A DNA stretch of 64,000 bases. It comes from the human T2T-CHM13v2.0 reference genome, Homo sapiens. Below the pieces are notes generated by a model. It did no database searches, was not told the DNA's origin, and saw only the letters and a program-made list of their open reading frames with translations. The position numbers were made by a program, and so were the translations under genes. The first letter of the stretch is position 1. Each line of letters begins with the position of its first letter. The stretch lies in NCBI RefSeq assembly GCF_009914755.1, contig NC_060927.1; one strand, given 5' to 3'. This document shows positions 31,311 to 46,897 of this stretch, piece after piece.

Positions 31311-32116
31311 AATATATAGCTAAAGTGGTAAGGAAATAGGAAAATCCTCAGTGGGAAAACACACAGAAAAAATTAAAACCTGGAGCTGTTGTGGCTGCCT
31401 CAGAACATGCCCATTTTGCTACCCAAAAGCTTGAGTTTCCGCAGCATTTAAGGGCAGATACAAGAAGAAACGTGAAAACAACACATCCATGCCCTCAGGA
31501 ACAGAGTAGAGATTATCCCTGCACTAACACAGGGACAGCCGAGGAAGCTTGACTTGCAGGGCCTGAGCACTGAGTCCAAGCTAAATGTCCCTGACATCAG
31601 CAGCTATGGCCTGGCTTGTATATGGTTTGGTTTACAACTACAGTAGGTCCAGAAAACTTAGTGAAAACACACATGTGCATGCACATGTACACACAGGAGT
31701 GTGTCTCTGAGAGTAATACCCTTAGGGTACCTGGAAGAATAAAAAATAAAACAGCGCACGAGGGACACATCCTCAACACAGCCTGTGCAGCATCCCTACA
31801 GACAAAAAGATAACTCTGAAGATAAGCATCTCACAGACTCAAATTACAAACACAAGGGACTTCATGTAACCAAATTACTGAATAAAAACTACAAAAAAAA
31901 AAAGATTAAGTTGATTATAGGTATAGAAGAAGGAATCAGAAAAGGAAAGATCAGGACACAGATACTGGAAACAGATACTGGAAATATTTGAAAGAAAACT
32001 CCATTTAAATACAAAAAGTGAAAAAATGTGGTTGCTGAAATTAAAAATTCAAAGACTGGGTTAAGCAGTAGATAAGCAATAGAGAAAGAGAGATCAAGTA
32101 AGTCAGAAAATAGATA

Positions 32117-32325
32117 CGGGTTGAGTATTCCTAATCCAAAATCCAAAACCCAAAATGCTCCAAAATCTGAAAGTTTTTGAATGCTGACATGATGTTCAAA
32201 GGAAATGCTCATTGGAGCATTTCAGATTTCAGATTTTTGGATTAGACATGCTCAAGCCATACATATATGAAAATATTCCAAATCCAAAACACTCTGGTCA
32301 TTTTGGATAAGGGATACGCAACCTG
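32117..32325. mobile_element. Tigger4a/MER46-like non-autonomous DNA transposon
   Basis: TIRs cgggttgagtattcctaatccaaaat and attttggataagggatacgcaacctg; TA on both flanks. Confidence 0.85.
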
Positions 32326-32629
32326 TATGAAGAAGCCATTCAGAACACAAAACAGCTAAAGTGAAGGAAAATATGTATAAGAAGAGGGTAGAATCACAGA
32401 ATCCAACATTCATTGAATAAAAGCTTAAGAAACAGCAGCTTTATTGCTTTCATAACTTTCATACTTTCTAGAAGACTCTCAGCTTTACTGTATGAAAGTT
32501 ATTTTATAAATAAAATTTATGAAAGTTATTTTTAAAGTATGAAAGTTGAAAGCTTGTAACTGTAAAACATGAAAGTTATTGATTAATAACTTTCATACTT
32601 TCTAGAAAATTATCAGCTAATACCTCTTA

Positions 32630-32717
32630 AATATTGCTGCAGGAAGCAATATTTTGCTACAGGAATATTGCTGCAGGAAGCAATATTTTGCTACAGGAAT
32701 ATTGCTGCAGGAAGCAA
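32630..32717. repeat. 34-bp exact tandem repeat, 2.6 copies
   Basis: aatattgctgcaggaagcaatattttgctacagg at 32630 and 32664, partial copy at 32698. Confidence 0.97.
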
Positions 32718-32722
32718 CATTC

Positions 32723-32748
32723 TCTAGATGTTTCATGAAACATCTAGA
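32723..32748. repeat. 26-bp perfect palindrome
   Basis: tctagatgtttcatgaaacatctaga. Confidence 0.97.
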
Positions 32749-32797
32749 AACACTGTAATGAAACTGTAGAACAACAAAGATAAAGGGAATATATATA

Positions 32798-32960
32798 TTT
32801 TAAGGGATGGGGTCTCCCTATGCTGCCCAGGCTGGAGTGCAGCAGTTATTCGTAGGTGTGATCATTGCATACTACAATCCCAGATTCCTAGGGTCAAGCA
32901 ATCCTCCTGCCTCAGCCCTCCCAGTAACTGAGACTGCAGGCTCATGACATTGTGCCCAGC
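32798..32960 (-). mobile_element. FAM (fossil Alu monomer)
   Basis: Monomer retaining the 7SL-like segment agttattcgtaggtgtgatcattgcatactaca. Confidence 0.75.
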
Positions 32961-33511
32961 TATGAGATTTTAAAATTAGAGAAAAAAGACTGATTACCTA
33001 TAAAAAATGGCAATTAGATTCAAAGTAGCCTTTTTGACATTTACAACAGAATGGCAGAAGATAGTGGGGCAATGTTCTAAAAGTATTGAAAGACCATTAT
33101 AGGAATTCTAAATGTTTTAGAACGATTACTTTAGAATACCATAATTTTAGTTATACAATTATGCCAAAAGTCGGTTAAAATACTTTTCTAAAACACAGGT
33201 TTTATCAGTAAAAACCCTTCATGAAAAAAATTACCAAATGAGGTATTTTAGAAAAAACAGATTTGAATCCAGAAGGAAAGAATAAGCTGCACTAAAAAAT
33301 AATAAGCAAATGAATTTTGGTAAATATATGGGTAAATCTAACCAATGCCTTTTAGGGAAAAAAAAAAAAATGACACATTTTAGAGGTATATTTACAAATG
33401 GGTCTAAAACACTAGATGACAATAACATACAGGCTGGAAAGGGGCAAACAGGACTGAAGGATTTAAAGTCATTGCATTGTTTGGGAGAAGGCTAGAAACC
33501 TTGATGAACTT

Positions 33512-33765
33512 TAGTGTTTTTCAAACCATCTGTTGTGAAGGCTCCTCAACCTTTTTTCCAGTCCATCATGAACTGATCTTTTCTAAAACAATAAAAATAA
33601 ATCACTAGGAAAATGATCATATCCTTAGATATACTGGCATCATCAAATGGACCAAATGTTTCTAAATGCTTCTTTGCAATCTCTATACTTTCACATTGTG
33701 AATTAATACACAACAGTCCTTAGACTGGTGCCAATCTGTGGGCCACTCTTTGTGCCACATTGTTT
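33512..33765. mobile_element. hAT-Charlie-type DNA transposon relic
   Basis: agtgtttttcaaacc start; gactggtgccaatctgtgggccactcttt near the end. Confidence 0.4.
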
Positions 33766-34165
33766 TTAAACTTCATTAAATCAATTATACCTGAGAAGTT
33801 TTTAAGATAATTACCAAATAAAAGAAATGACTACCTTTGAAATCAATAAAAGAGGAAATAAAGGTATATATTTGTTTACCTTACAATCAATTTATTAGAA
33901 GCTGGGAGGGCGGGGGAAGGCAGGGTGTGGGGAAAATCAGAAAAACACAGTAAATAATAACACAACATAAAACGGAAGAAAAAGCTCACTCGAAACATGA
34001 TCACAATAAATGCAAACAGGATAAACTGACCAATTAAAAAACAGAGATTGTCAGAGCAGATAAAAACAACAAAATCTAACTTTATGCTATTTACCTGAAA
34101 TTTATCAAAAGCATAAAAACAGAGAAAGGCTGAAAGTAAGAGGATGGAAAATGAAATACGTGTAG

Positions 34166-34604
<439 letters not shown>

Positions 34605-34640
34605 CAACAAAATAATTAACAAGCTCAATTTAATGGACAT

Positions 34641-35391
<751 letters not shown>

Positions 35392-35419
35392 ACAGAGGAC
35401 ATATTTCTTCTAACACACA

Positions 35420-35732
35420 TTTATTTTATTTTATTTTATTTTATTTTTTAGCAGTGGGTTCTTACTCTGTTGCCCAGGCTGAAGTGCAGTGGCATGATTA
35501 CAGCTCACCGCAGACTCAAACTCCTGGGCTCCAGCTAACCTCCTGCCTCAGCCTCCTGATTAGCTGGGGCTTACAGATATGTACTACCAAACATGGCTAA
35601 TTTTTAGAAAATTGTTTAGAGATGGGATCTCACTGTATTGCTCAGGCTGGTCTCAAATCCTGGCTTCAAGTGATCCTCCTGCCTCAGTTTCTTGAGTAGC
35701 TGAGATTACAGATGTGAGCCACCACGCCAGGC
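35420..35732 (-). mobile_element. AluJ
   Basis: Diverged reverse dimer with (TTTTA)n tail. Confidence 0.85.
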
Positions 35733-35972
35733 TGAATATTTACAAAAAATGATCACATACTAGGCCATAAAGCAAGTTTCAAAATTTTTTAAGAATCAGA
35801 ATCCATTACAGCTAATGTTCTCTGACAACAATGCAGTTCAATTAGAAGTCAATAACAACAACAAGCAACCTACAGGTTTTGATATCTAAAATTACATTTT
35901 AAAATAATTCATAATTGAAAGAAAAAAATGAGAACTAAGTCATAATAAAAACACTATACATCAAAACTTGTG

Positions 35973-36300
35973 GGCCAGGCCTGGTGTCTTAGGCCTATAA
36001 ACCTAGAACTTTAGGAGTCCAAGGCTGGGGGATGCCTGATGCCAGGAGTTTGAGACCAGCCTGGGCAACACAGGGAGACCTCATCTCTACAGAAAAAAAA
36101 CAAAAACAAACAAACAAACAAACAAAAAAACATTAGCACACCTGTAGTCCCAGCTACTTAAGAGGCTGAGGTGGAAGGATTACTTGAGCCCAGGGATTTG
36201 AGGTTACACTGAGCTATGATCATACCACTGCACTCCAGCCTGGGCAACAGAGTGAGACCCTGTCTCAAAAACAAAAACAAAAACTAATCAACCAAACAAA
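35973..36300 (+). mobile_element. AluJ
   Basis: Diverged dimer; TSD aaaacttgtg (35963-35972, 36301-36310). Confidence 0.85.
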
Positions 36301-36669
36301 AAAACTTGTGGAATGCAGTGTAAGTGGCCCCAGGAGGGTTTTTTTCTAGCCCTAAGTGCTTATATTAGCAAAGAATAAAGGCTGAAAAGTAATGAGCTCA
36401 TCATACAAACAAATAAATTAGAAATAGAAAAGCAGAATAAATTCAAGGAAAATAGAAGAAAGGAAATAATAACTACTAAGCAGAGTAATGAAACAGAAAT
36501 GAACACATGCCAAAAAGTTAACAAAGGCAAGAGATGGTTTGAGAAGACAAACCTTTGGAAAGGTTTCTCCAGTGAAAAAGAGAAAAGACATAAAACACCA
36601 TGAGGAATGAAAAGAGGGGAATAGAGACACAGCAGAGATGAAAAGTAGGAAGGCATTTAGTGGCAATGT

Positions 36670-36860
36670 GTTTTTCCATGAGCAAGTTATTTAACCTCTA
36701 TAATGCTTTGGTTTCATCATTTGTAATGTAGGGTTATCTAAAGTACCAATTTCATATGGTTGTTGTGAGAATTAAACTAGTTAATGTATGTAATGTGCTT
36801 AAATCAGTCCATGGCAATAAAAAGTAATAAATTTAGTGCTTACTAAATGTTAGCTGTTAT
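36670..36860 (+). mobile_element. MIR
   Basis: gagcaagttatttaacctct...ggttgttgtgagaattaaa...aaatgttagctgtt. Confidence 0.75.
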
Positions 36861-37187
36861 TCCTATTGCTGGTGCTTATTCTTCTGTTTTTTCTTAGATA
36901 GTGGGACTATTAACATTCTTAAAGAATAGCTTTTGGTGTTGATCTTCTCATTTTTGCATTGTTTTCTATTTCATTAATTTCTGCTCTTACATTTAGCATT
37001 TTATTCCTCTGTCTTCTTTGGGTTTATTCTATTATTCTTTTACAAGCTTCTTTAGTTGAACATTCAACACATTTATTTTCAATGTTCCTTGTTTTTAAAA
37101 TTCATCTTTAATGATAAAAATTTATCTCTAGCTAAAGTACTAAGGTGCTGCTTTAGTTAAACCATATAATTTTATTTCTTCAGTTCT

Positions 37188-38003
37188 ATAGTGGTTTTAA
37201 AACATACCTGGAAGTTCCTTTACACTCCTGCCATCAAAAATAGAATTTAATTTCCCTCATTTTGAATACAGACCGGGCTTAGGGACTGACTTGAACAGAA
37301 ACAAGGTATGATGTCTGAAGTCAAGTGACTTCTGAAGCTAGGACATAAAAGGTGACACAGCTTCTGCAGGGCTCTAGAGCTCGTGAGATGGCCTTCCTTA
37401 CAACCTAGCCACTGCGTCCCAGGGAAGCCCAGCCTACATGAGCAGGTCATGTACAAGGGTTCCAGCTTGGGCAAGCAAGCGTCGACTGCCACCTAAGAGT
37501 GAGCCTTCAGATGATTCCAACCCCCCAGTCTTTGAGATGTGCCAGCTGATGTCCTGTGGAGCAGAGGAATAGAGACAAGTTGACTTCACTGAGCCCAACT
37601 CAAACTACAGATCTGTCAGCAAGATAAATGTTATCTTTTTAGACCATTGGGTTGTTTTAAATATTTTTTAAAATTTTTATATATTTATGGGGTATAAGTG
37701 CAGATTTCTTACATGCATATATTGTGCAGTGGTAAAGTCTGGGCTTTTAGTGTTCCCATCACCTGAACAGTGAACACTATACCCAACTGGTAATTTTTCA
37801 ACCTTCAATCCCTCTTTCCCACCCACCCTCCTTTTGGAGTCTCCAATGTCTATTATTCCCCTCTGTATGTCCATTGTTTAGCTCCCACTTATGAGTTTGA
37901 ACATGTGATATTTGACTTTCTGTTTCCGAGTTATTTCACTTAGTATAGTGTAGGCTACTAAGTTTTAGCATGGTTTGTTTTGTGGCAATCTAAAACCAGA
38001 ACA
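37188..38003 (+). mobile_element. MLT1E/F-like MaLR LTR interrupted by an L1 fragment
   Basis: gtgacttctgaagctaggacataaaagg; end ctaagttttagcatggtttgtt...accagaaca; cagttcta at both ends. Confidence 0.7.
37660..37950 (-). mobile_element. L1PB3/PB4-like 3' end
   Basis: ggggtataagtgcagatttcttacatgcatatattgtgcagtggtaaagtctgggctttt. Confidence 0.8.
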
Positions 38004-38336
38004 GTTCTAAATGTTTTCTATTTTAAGATTATCAAATTACCTTAATAGCATAAGAATATGTATATTCTGTAGTTTCCAAACAAATAATGGTAGTGGTAAT
38101 AGTGGTGATGGGGGTGGTATATTTTATTATCCGTTTTTAATTTAACTGTAGTTAGAAATATGGTCTGAGTATACAATTTATTTGAAATTTGTTGAAAAAT
38201 TTGGTGATGGTCTATAAGTGTAATTGTTCTATGTGTCCTTCTAAAGAATATATCTTCATTTGGTGCAGTGTGTCTGTGTGTGTGTGTGTGTGTAACCACT
38301 GATCTAAGGGAGATTATATATGGGTCTTTATTAGAT

Positions 38337-38866
38337 AAGTGGCTTTCAAACTTTTTGGTCTTAGACCCTTTATATTCTTAAAAACTGAGGACCTCAAGGG
38401 ATTTTGTTTATGCAGGGTGTATTTATCAGTATTTACTATATTGAAAATTAAAACCAAGACATTTAAAATTACTTATAAATTCATTTAAAATAACAATAAA
38501 ACCATGCAAATTAGCATACGTCTTTTTAAATGTATTTTCTAAAACAAGAAAAATTGGGAACAAGAGTGACATTGTTTTACATTTTTGCAAATTCTTTAAT
38601 GTCTGTCTTATTAGAAGACAGATTCTCATATCTGCTTCTACATTCAATCTGCTGGGATATATTATTTTGGATGAAGTTCTCTAAAATTCTAAAATTTAGA
38701 ATTCTCATTTTGGCTTGGAAACTCAAATTTATGGCAACAAGTGCTGTCAGCTGTTTTCCTTGAAGTCACAGACTTTGTTCATTTCTGAGAAAATGCCTGC
38801 CAGATACTCAAGCCTAATCATGGTTTGCCTGTCAGTAGTTACTCTTTTGAGTAAAAATGGTGTTCC
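38337..38866. mobile_element. Charlie1-like hAT DNA transposon fragment
   Basis: tcaaactttttggtcttagaccctttatattcttaaaaa; gacagattctcatatctgcttctacattcaatctg. Confidence 0.75.
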
Positions 38867-38867
38867 A

Positions 38868-39892
38868 GGCTTCTGGAATGGTGGCGTGAGAAGCTACAAA
38901 GGCCCATTCCCAGAGAAACAAGCATAACTTGTAGAAATTATCTAAAAAACAACTGTTCAATGCATCTGAAATTGTCTTAAGCGCATACAGCAAATGAAGA
39001 AATATTTATTCAAGAAAATCTACTAAAACTCAGTAAGAACAGTGTTAGTCTGTGGCATTTCAACCACAGGCCTCTCCATCCCTCTACCTTCCCGGCTCGG
39101 CACTACAGAAACCCTACTCTAGGCTGGTGTAGCCAAGAACACAGGGCTCAGTCTCTCATCAGTTCCCAGTGGTGGGGAAAGGATCCAAATAAACATTTCC
39201 CCAAAGAAGATGTACGAGTGGCCAATAAGCACATGAAAACATAGATGCTCAATATCATTAGCCATCAGGACAATGCACATCAAAACCACAATGAGATGCC
39301 ACTTCCCACCCATTGGATGGCCACAACCAAAAAGACAAACAGTAACAAATGTTGGGGATGATAAAGAGGTCGAGAAATCAGAACTCTCATACACTGCTGG
39401 TAGGACTATAAATGGTCAGCTACTTTAGAAAAGAGTCTGGGAGTTCCCCAAATGATTAAATATAGTTACCAAATGACCCAGGAATTCCAGTCACAGGTAT
39501 GAACACACAAAAAATGAAAACATATGTGCACACAAAACACATATACAAATGTTTATAGAAGCATTATTAATAATAGCAAAAGGGGGAAAAGCCCAAATGA
39601 CCATCAACTGATAAATGAATAAACAAAATGTGAGCTATGTCCATACAATGGAATACTATTTGGCAAAAAAAGAGGCACCGACGCATGCTACAAAATAGAT
39701 AAAATCTGAAAGCATTATACTAAGTGAAAGAGGTCAGACAAAAGAGGCTGACTTTTGGGGTGATAAAAATTTTGAAAACTGTGGTGATGGCTGCACAACT
39801 GCTAATACACTAAAAACCATTGAGTTGTACCTTTTAAATGGGTGACTTGTATGATATGTGAATTATATCTCAATAAAGCTATTATTTTTTAA
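38868..39892 (+). mobile_element. L1M 5'-end-like segment joined to an L1MB-like 3' segment
   Basis: aatatttattcaagaaaatctactaaaactcagtaagaac, then ggccaataagcacatgaaaa, ending gtgaattatatctcaataaagct. Confidence 0.7.
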
Positions 39893-39902
39893 AAATGGAG
39901 CA

Positions 39903-40213
39903 CAAAATCATATCCTTTACAGCAAAATGGATGAAGCTGGAGGCCATAATCCTAAGCAAATTAATGCAGGAAGAGAAAATCAAATACCGCATGTTCGTAC
40001 TTATAAGTGAGAGTTAAATACTGAGCACACATGGGCATAAAGATGGGAACAACAGACACTGTGTATTACTAGAAGAGGGAGACAGGGAGCGGGTGTGGGT
40101 TGAAAAACTACCTGCTGGGTATGATGCTCACTACCTGGGTGCAATATACTCACCATGTGACAAACCTGCACATGTACCCTCTGTATCTAAAATCAAACTT
40201 GAAATTTAAAAAA
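39903..40213 (+). mobile_element. L1PA15-17-like 3' end
   Basis: gggttgaaaaactacc...caaacctgcacatgtaccctctgtatctaaaat. Confidence 0.8.
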
Positions 40214-40234
40214 TGGATATATTATTTTCCCTTC

Positions 40235-40360
40235 TCTCAACTACTGTGCAAACTCCATGAAGGCAGCGCCTTTTTTAGTTGGTTCACCACCATATATGTT
40301 GGCATCTAGAACAGTGTCTGACATATAATGGGCACTCAAATCTTTATTAAGTAAATGAGT
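40235..40360 (+). mobile_element. L2 3' end
   Basis: gcaaactccatgaaggcag...tagaacagtgtctgacatataatgggcactcaa. Confidence 0.65.
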
Positions 40361-40528
40361 TAACATCTTCAAATATTTCCCTCTAGACTTTTGCTCTCTA
40401 TTCACATATTTTTCTATGCAATTTTAATTTAATATTACATATTTTCTAAAAACATTAGGACTCTCTTTATATGTACTATTTAATGATTGGAAATTTTGAT
40501 GTAAAATAGGCAATTACATCTATTTTTT

Positions 40529-40833
<305 letters not shown>

Positions 40834-43104
40834 AATTACATCTATTTTTTCAGCAATTCAAACTCATTTCTTCTGATTTTTGAAACATTGTCATTTTACT
40901 TTTTTCTTTCAGTCTGTGCACAGAACAGATTATTGATAATGATATTATTGATAACGATTGATAATGATTATTGATAATGATAAATGATCTAACACAAGGA
41001 TGGGTTAAACTTCTATGAAAGAAGAGGAGATGACCCAGGCCAGTTCCAGATGCATGTTCCTCTACCCTCCCACCCATTTACCAAAATGCAACAATCATTT
41101 TTCTCTTGGTCAAATAATATATCCCTCTGAACAACAACAAATCACTGATTTTCTTAGAATAGTAACTCAAGATAAATAGCTGATGCTGAACAGAATTACA
41201 ATTTGGCAGGAAAAAATTACCAAACTATTCCAGAAGGTGATTTATCCTGTAGCCCAGTGCTATCCAAACCACAGACTGAGGCTCTGCCACCACCAGAATA
41301 CCTTCCAGTGATTACAGACAAGAAAGATTTACTTTCTAGGCCTGAGGTTGGGAAAGTTGCTGCTAATTCTTCTCCTTTTATATCTTCTTCCTGTTAACTC
41401 ACAAATGCTGCAGGGAATTAGTCACTTGACCTCCCTCCTCTTGGCAGTGCCATTTCATTGACCCTTTAAACTAATCGCTATATCTACCACTGTTGTCCCA
41501 GAGGTTAAGGTAAATTATTAATGAGTTTAAAGGCAAAAGTTGCTCTCAACTCTTTATCTTATCTCTTGAGAAAATCCTAATGGGGGAAATTATAGTTAAA
41601 AAAAAATAAGATAGAAAAAATGACTTTCCTCAGTTCTTCCATTCCATGAATGTTGTGAGAAATAAATAGTAATAGATGGCATTTTCTCTAGCATAGAGAG
41701 TTAAGAAGATTTTTTTTTAATTAGAGTCTCAAAAAAATTCAATTTGTAGGACAAGTTTGGTATTTTAACTTTAAGAAGTCCACATTGGTTTGAACTGGGT
41801 TGTTAGGTTTGTTTTTAAAAACAACTGTTTGCATATTTTAGTAAAAATATATAATTAGATTTGGGTTTAAATTCAGTAAGTAGGCACAGTTGTATCTAGT
41901 TTTGTGTTCAAAACTTCAGTTTTCTTAAGTATACTTAAAACTTAATTAGTACTGAGAGTCAAAATAAAGATTTGGAAGAAATGCCACAAAAAAAAGGGTC
42001 TGTGTTTTGCATTGCATCTGCTATTATCCTAAGATATTTTAATGAGAATCTTCTCTATAGTTAGAGTACTATGCAGAGTGCTAGTACAAAGAAAGGTCCA
42101 GTGCTTGTGGTGTGTCCTGAGGGAAATCCTGATGAGCAGGGTCAGCCAGCCACCTGAGTCATCCCGGAGTGACAGCAGCAGGCAATAGGCAGTGTGTGGT
42201 CTGTGAGGTCAGAGCAATTCTAGAAAAACAACTTGGATGTGGTTGATCGATATTCTGGATCCAGTCATGGCTTGCAAAGAAAATAGCTGTATTTGGAATG
42301 AAGAGGACTTAATCAGTGATGCCCCTTTATAACCTGTAAAAGATGACAGATCCATCCAGAAACTCAAACCTACTTCCAGTGTATGTTAATTTGGTTCTAA
42401 AAAGAACTACGGTATGGAAGAATCAGTAACACTGATTATATTATGGTGGATTTGGGAAAATAAAAGATTGGGTCTGAAAAGATATGATTAACTGTAAAAC
42501 AGGTCTATGAAAATGAGTTTAGGTATTTCTTGCATGACTTCTAGAAATAGGGTCTTTATTTTACTTACATGTAATATTAAAGGTAGTGCAACACATTTAA
42601 CTGGCAGTGCAGAGGCTATGGCAACCTTTGGAATGGACTTGCAAGCTGCATTATTCTGCCAGGTGCACCTGGGCATCTTCGTGTGGGGGCACTACGAACT
42701 AGTACAATGAAGTGCTTGTGACTTAAACTCTTCAACTTATATACTCTTCAATTTACACACAAGATGGTCTCCATCCCAAGAGCTGTTAGGATGCCTTGTT
42801 TCTACTGAGTTCTCAATGGCTCAAAAAGGCTAAAAGCACTCTTCATATGTCCATGATTATCTGATTATCATAATTCATCAAGAATTAGCCAAGTGTTTAA
42901 GTACTGTCAATTTCAAGAGTCCAGATCAAAAGGGAGAACCTACAGGCCTCTGACTCTGAAAATCTAGGTTTTATTAAATAAGAGGAAGCCTTCACATTAA
43001 TTGTTTTACTATACTAGACACATCTTGGTACATGGTCAAAGTAGGATACCATCATGTCCAATCTGCCAAAGCAAAGGCTATCATATCACCATATTCATTT
43101 TTTA

Positions 43105-43310
43105 AACATCTAACATTTATTTGGTGTTTACCATGTGCCTGATACTTTTCTAAATACTTTATATGTATTAATCTCATGTAATCCTCATAAGAACTACATG
43201 GGAGAAGTATTACTATTGTGTCCAATTTATTGATCTGGAAATGGAGATTCAAAGAGGTTAAATAACTCTCCCAGAAACATTACATGAATAAATGGTGGAG
43301 CCAGAGCCAG
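43105..43310 (-). mobile_element. MIR
   Basis: tttaccatgtgcctgatact...ggaaatggagattcaaagaggttaaataact. Confidence 0.75.
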
Positions 43311-43539
43311 TGAATTAATAAATGGAGAGCCCAAGCCTTCTATTGGGTTATTGACAACAGCCCAATCACTATTCTACCAGTAGTAAAATCAACTGCCATT
43401 GATTCCATAGTTTCTTCACGTACAAAACTTTCTCATAACTTAAAGTTCAGTAGTGATATAAATATGTTATATTTTAAATATGTTTAAGGATTTAAACGAT
43501 AATAAACTTGTGTTTTCTTCAAATTATGGAATATGCTAC

Positions 43540-43720
43540 ACATGATTGGAGAATCTGCTGCTTGAATTCTGATTCTAGCTCTGCTGTTTACTGGTTATGT
43601 GACTTAAAGAAAACTCTTCTAGTGGCTTTGAGCTTCTGTTTCCCCAACTATAGATTTCTCAGGAGGATGAAGGGTAGGGTATATATGAAGTACTCACCTC
43701 TTCCTGGGCACTCAACAAAG
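43540..43720 (+). mobile_element. MIR
   Basis: tctagctctgctgtttactggttatgtgactt...cttctgtttccccaactata. Confidence 0.55.
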
Positions 43721-44093
43721 GGTAGCCATTATAATTATGAGATAATCCAGGGGAAAGTCCTGTGTAAACCATGCTCTGTAACGCAGGGATGCCACTATTA
43801 TTACCTTGATAGTGATGACAAATGTGATAATACAAGTCAACTGTTGCAAGATCATAACCCATTTTTCAATAACAAGGAGAGTAGTTGCATCCCGGAGAGC
43901 CTAATAAGTCTAGCGTAAATTCCTCCAGTTTCCATGGGGCTGAGGAAGCCACCGAACTTGCCCGGCCCCAGAACCTAGGCTGGCCACGGGGAACAACTTC
44001 TTCCTGCCACTGTCCTGGACAAGAATCCTTCTCAATTTTGAATATTCTTCTCAAGTGATCCCAAGAGGCCTATCCTTTAAATAAGCCATCTAG

Positions 44094-44430
<337 letters not shown>

Positions 44431-44929
44431 TTAAGATGCAGCAATTTAATGCAATGATATCTCACTGCCTTTTTTTTTTGTTAAGCCTGGAAACTGTCCA
44501 TGGATCTTAATTGCCAGGCCTCTCTGGTTCTTACTTTTTCCCTTTATAATGCAACGAACTTGCACCCCGGGAAGGTGCTTCCTCCCAAGATCTCACATTT
44601 CTATTAACGACCTCAGGGGGCCCCTTTAAAAGAAGAGAAGAGGTGTTAATTAGGGTGGTAACAGCCTCAAAAAACCCTTTTCTAGTCCTCAGAAGAATCA
44701 GTGCCTGTTGGAAACTCAGCATTAGTGTGAAAAGAGATAGGGATATAAAATATTCAACAACTTTTCCGTGTAGAAACCTTGCTTCCCACAACCCTACTGC
44801 AATGACTATAGTACCCAGTGGCTGGATTGGTGTAGCAGGTATATTTTCCACTGCATTCCCTTTGCTCAAAGTCCCTTACTTGTGTTGTCGTGGATGGTGT
44901 CCTTTAAAGTGATATATCTGCTATGATTG

Positions 44930-45934
<1,005 letters not shown>

Positions 45935-45951
45935 ATTTGACCCACATAAGA

Positions 45952-46117
45952 TAGTATCTCTCAAAGTACTAACTGCAGACCACCTGCACTGGATAAAAAG
46001 CAGATTACTGAGTCCCACCCTAACCTAATGAACCAGAATCTCACCAGGGATCAAGAAGCTACATTTCTTCAAAGCTCCCTGGTAATTCCCACAAACACTA
46101 ATGTTTGAGAGCCGATG
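45952..46117. mobile_element. MER5-like hAT relic
   Basis: ctctcaaagt...gcagattactgagtcccaccc...aagctccctggtaattc...gtttgagagcc. Confidence 0.6.
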
Positions 46118-46330
46118 GAATAAGAAATAATGAATTCTTACTTCTTTCCAAGCTATTTAATGCTCAGCAGATATTGGTTGCTAGACTACATCTCAAACAT
46201 ATTAAACTGTATCCAATATTTTTACTTCGCTCAAACAAAACCAGAAATAAATGTGTGCCAAAGATTTACAGGATGACATTTCAAAAATTATGGTGAGAAC
46301 AAGGCATATTGTAGAAGGTTATCTTTATGA

Positions 46331-46702
<372 letters not shown>

Positions 46703-46846
46703 TAAACTCCTTCCATGTTGCCATACACACACACGTCAAAGGCATATTCAAGGACATATATTAAATTCATTAGAGTGGGGATGGGGGAATGGGAGTGAAT
46801 ATTGAAGGGGAAGGAAAAAAAATTAAATCCCGACCCCTTCCTGAAC

Positions 46847-46850
<4 letters not shown>

Positions 46851-46896
<46 letters not shown>
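46851..46896. repeat. (CA)n microsatellite
   Basis: About 22 units seen directly. Confidence 0.97.

Positions 46897-46897
<1 letters not shown>

Noticed and set aside
32630-32717. CRISPR-like 34-bp palindromic repeat
   Set aside because: The units are contiguous with no unique spacers, there are no cas genes, and the context is human retroelement DNA.
42210-42360. Possible minus-strand splice acceptor (tcttttacag) followed by UTR-like sequence
   Set aside because: No recognisable reading frame or partner exon; such motifs are frequent by chance.
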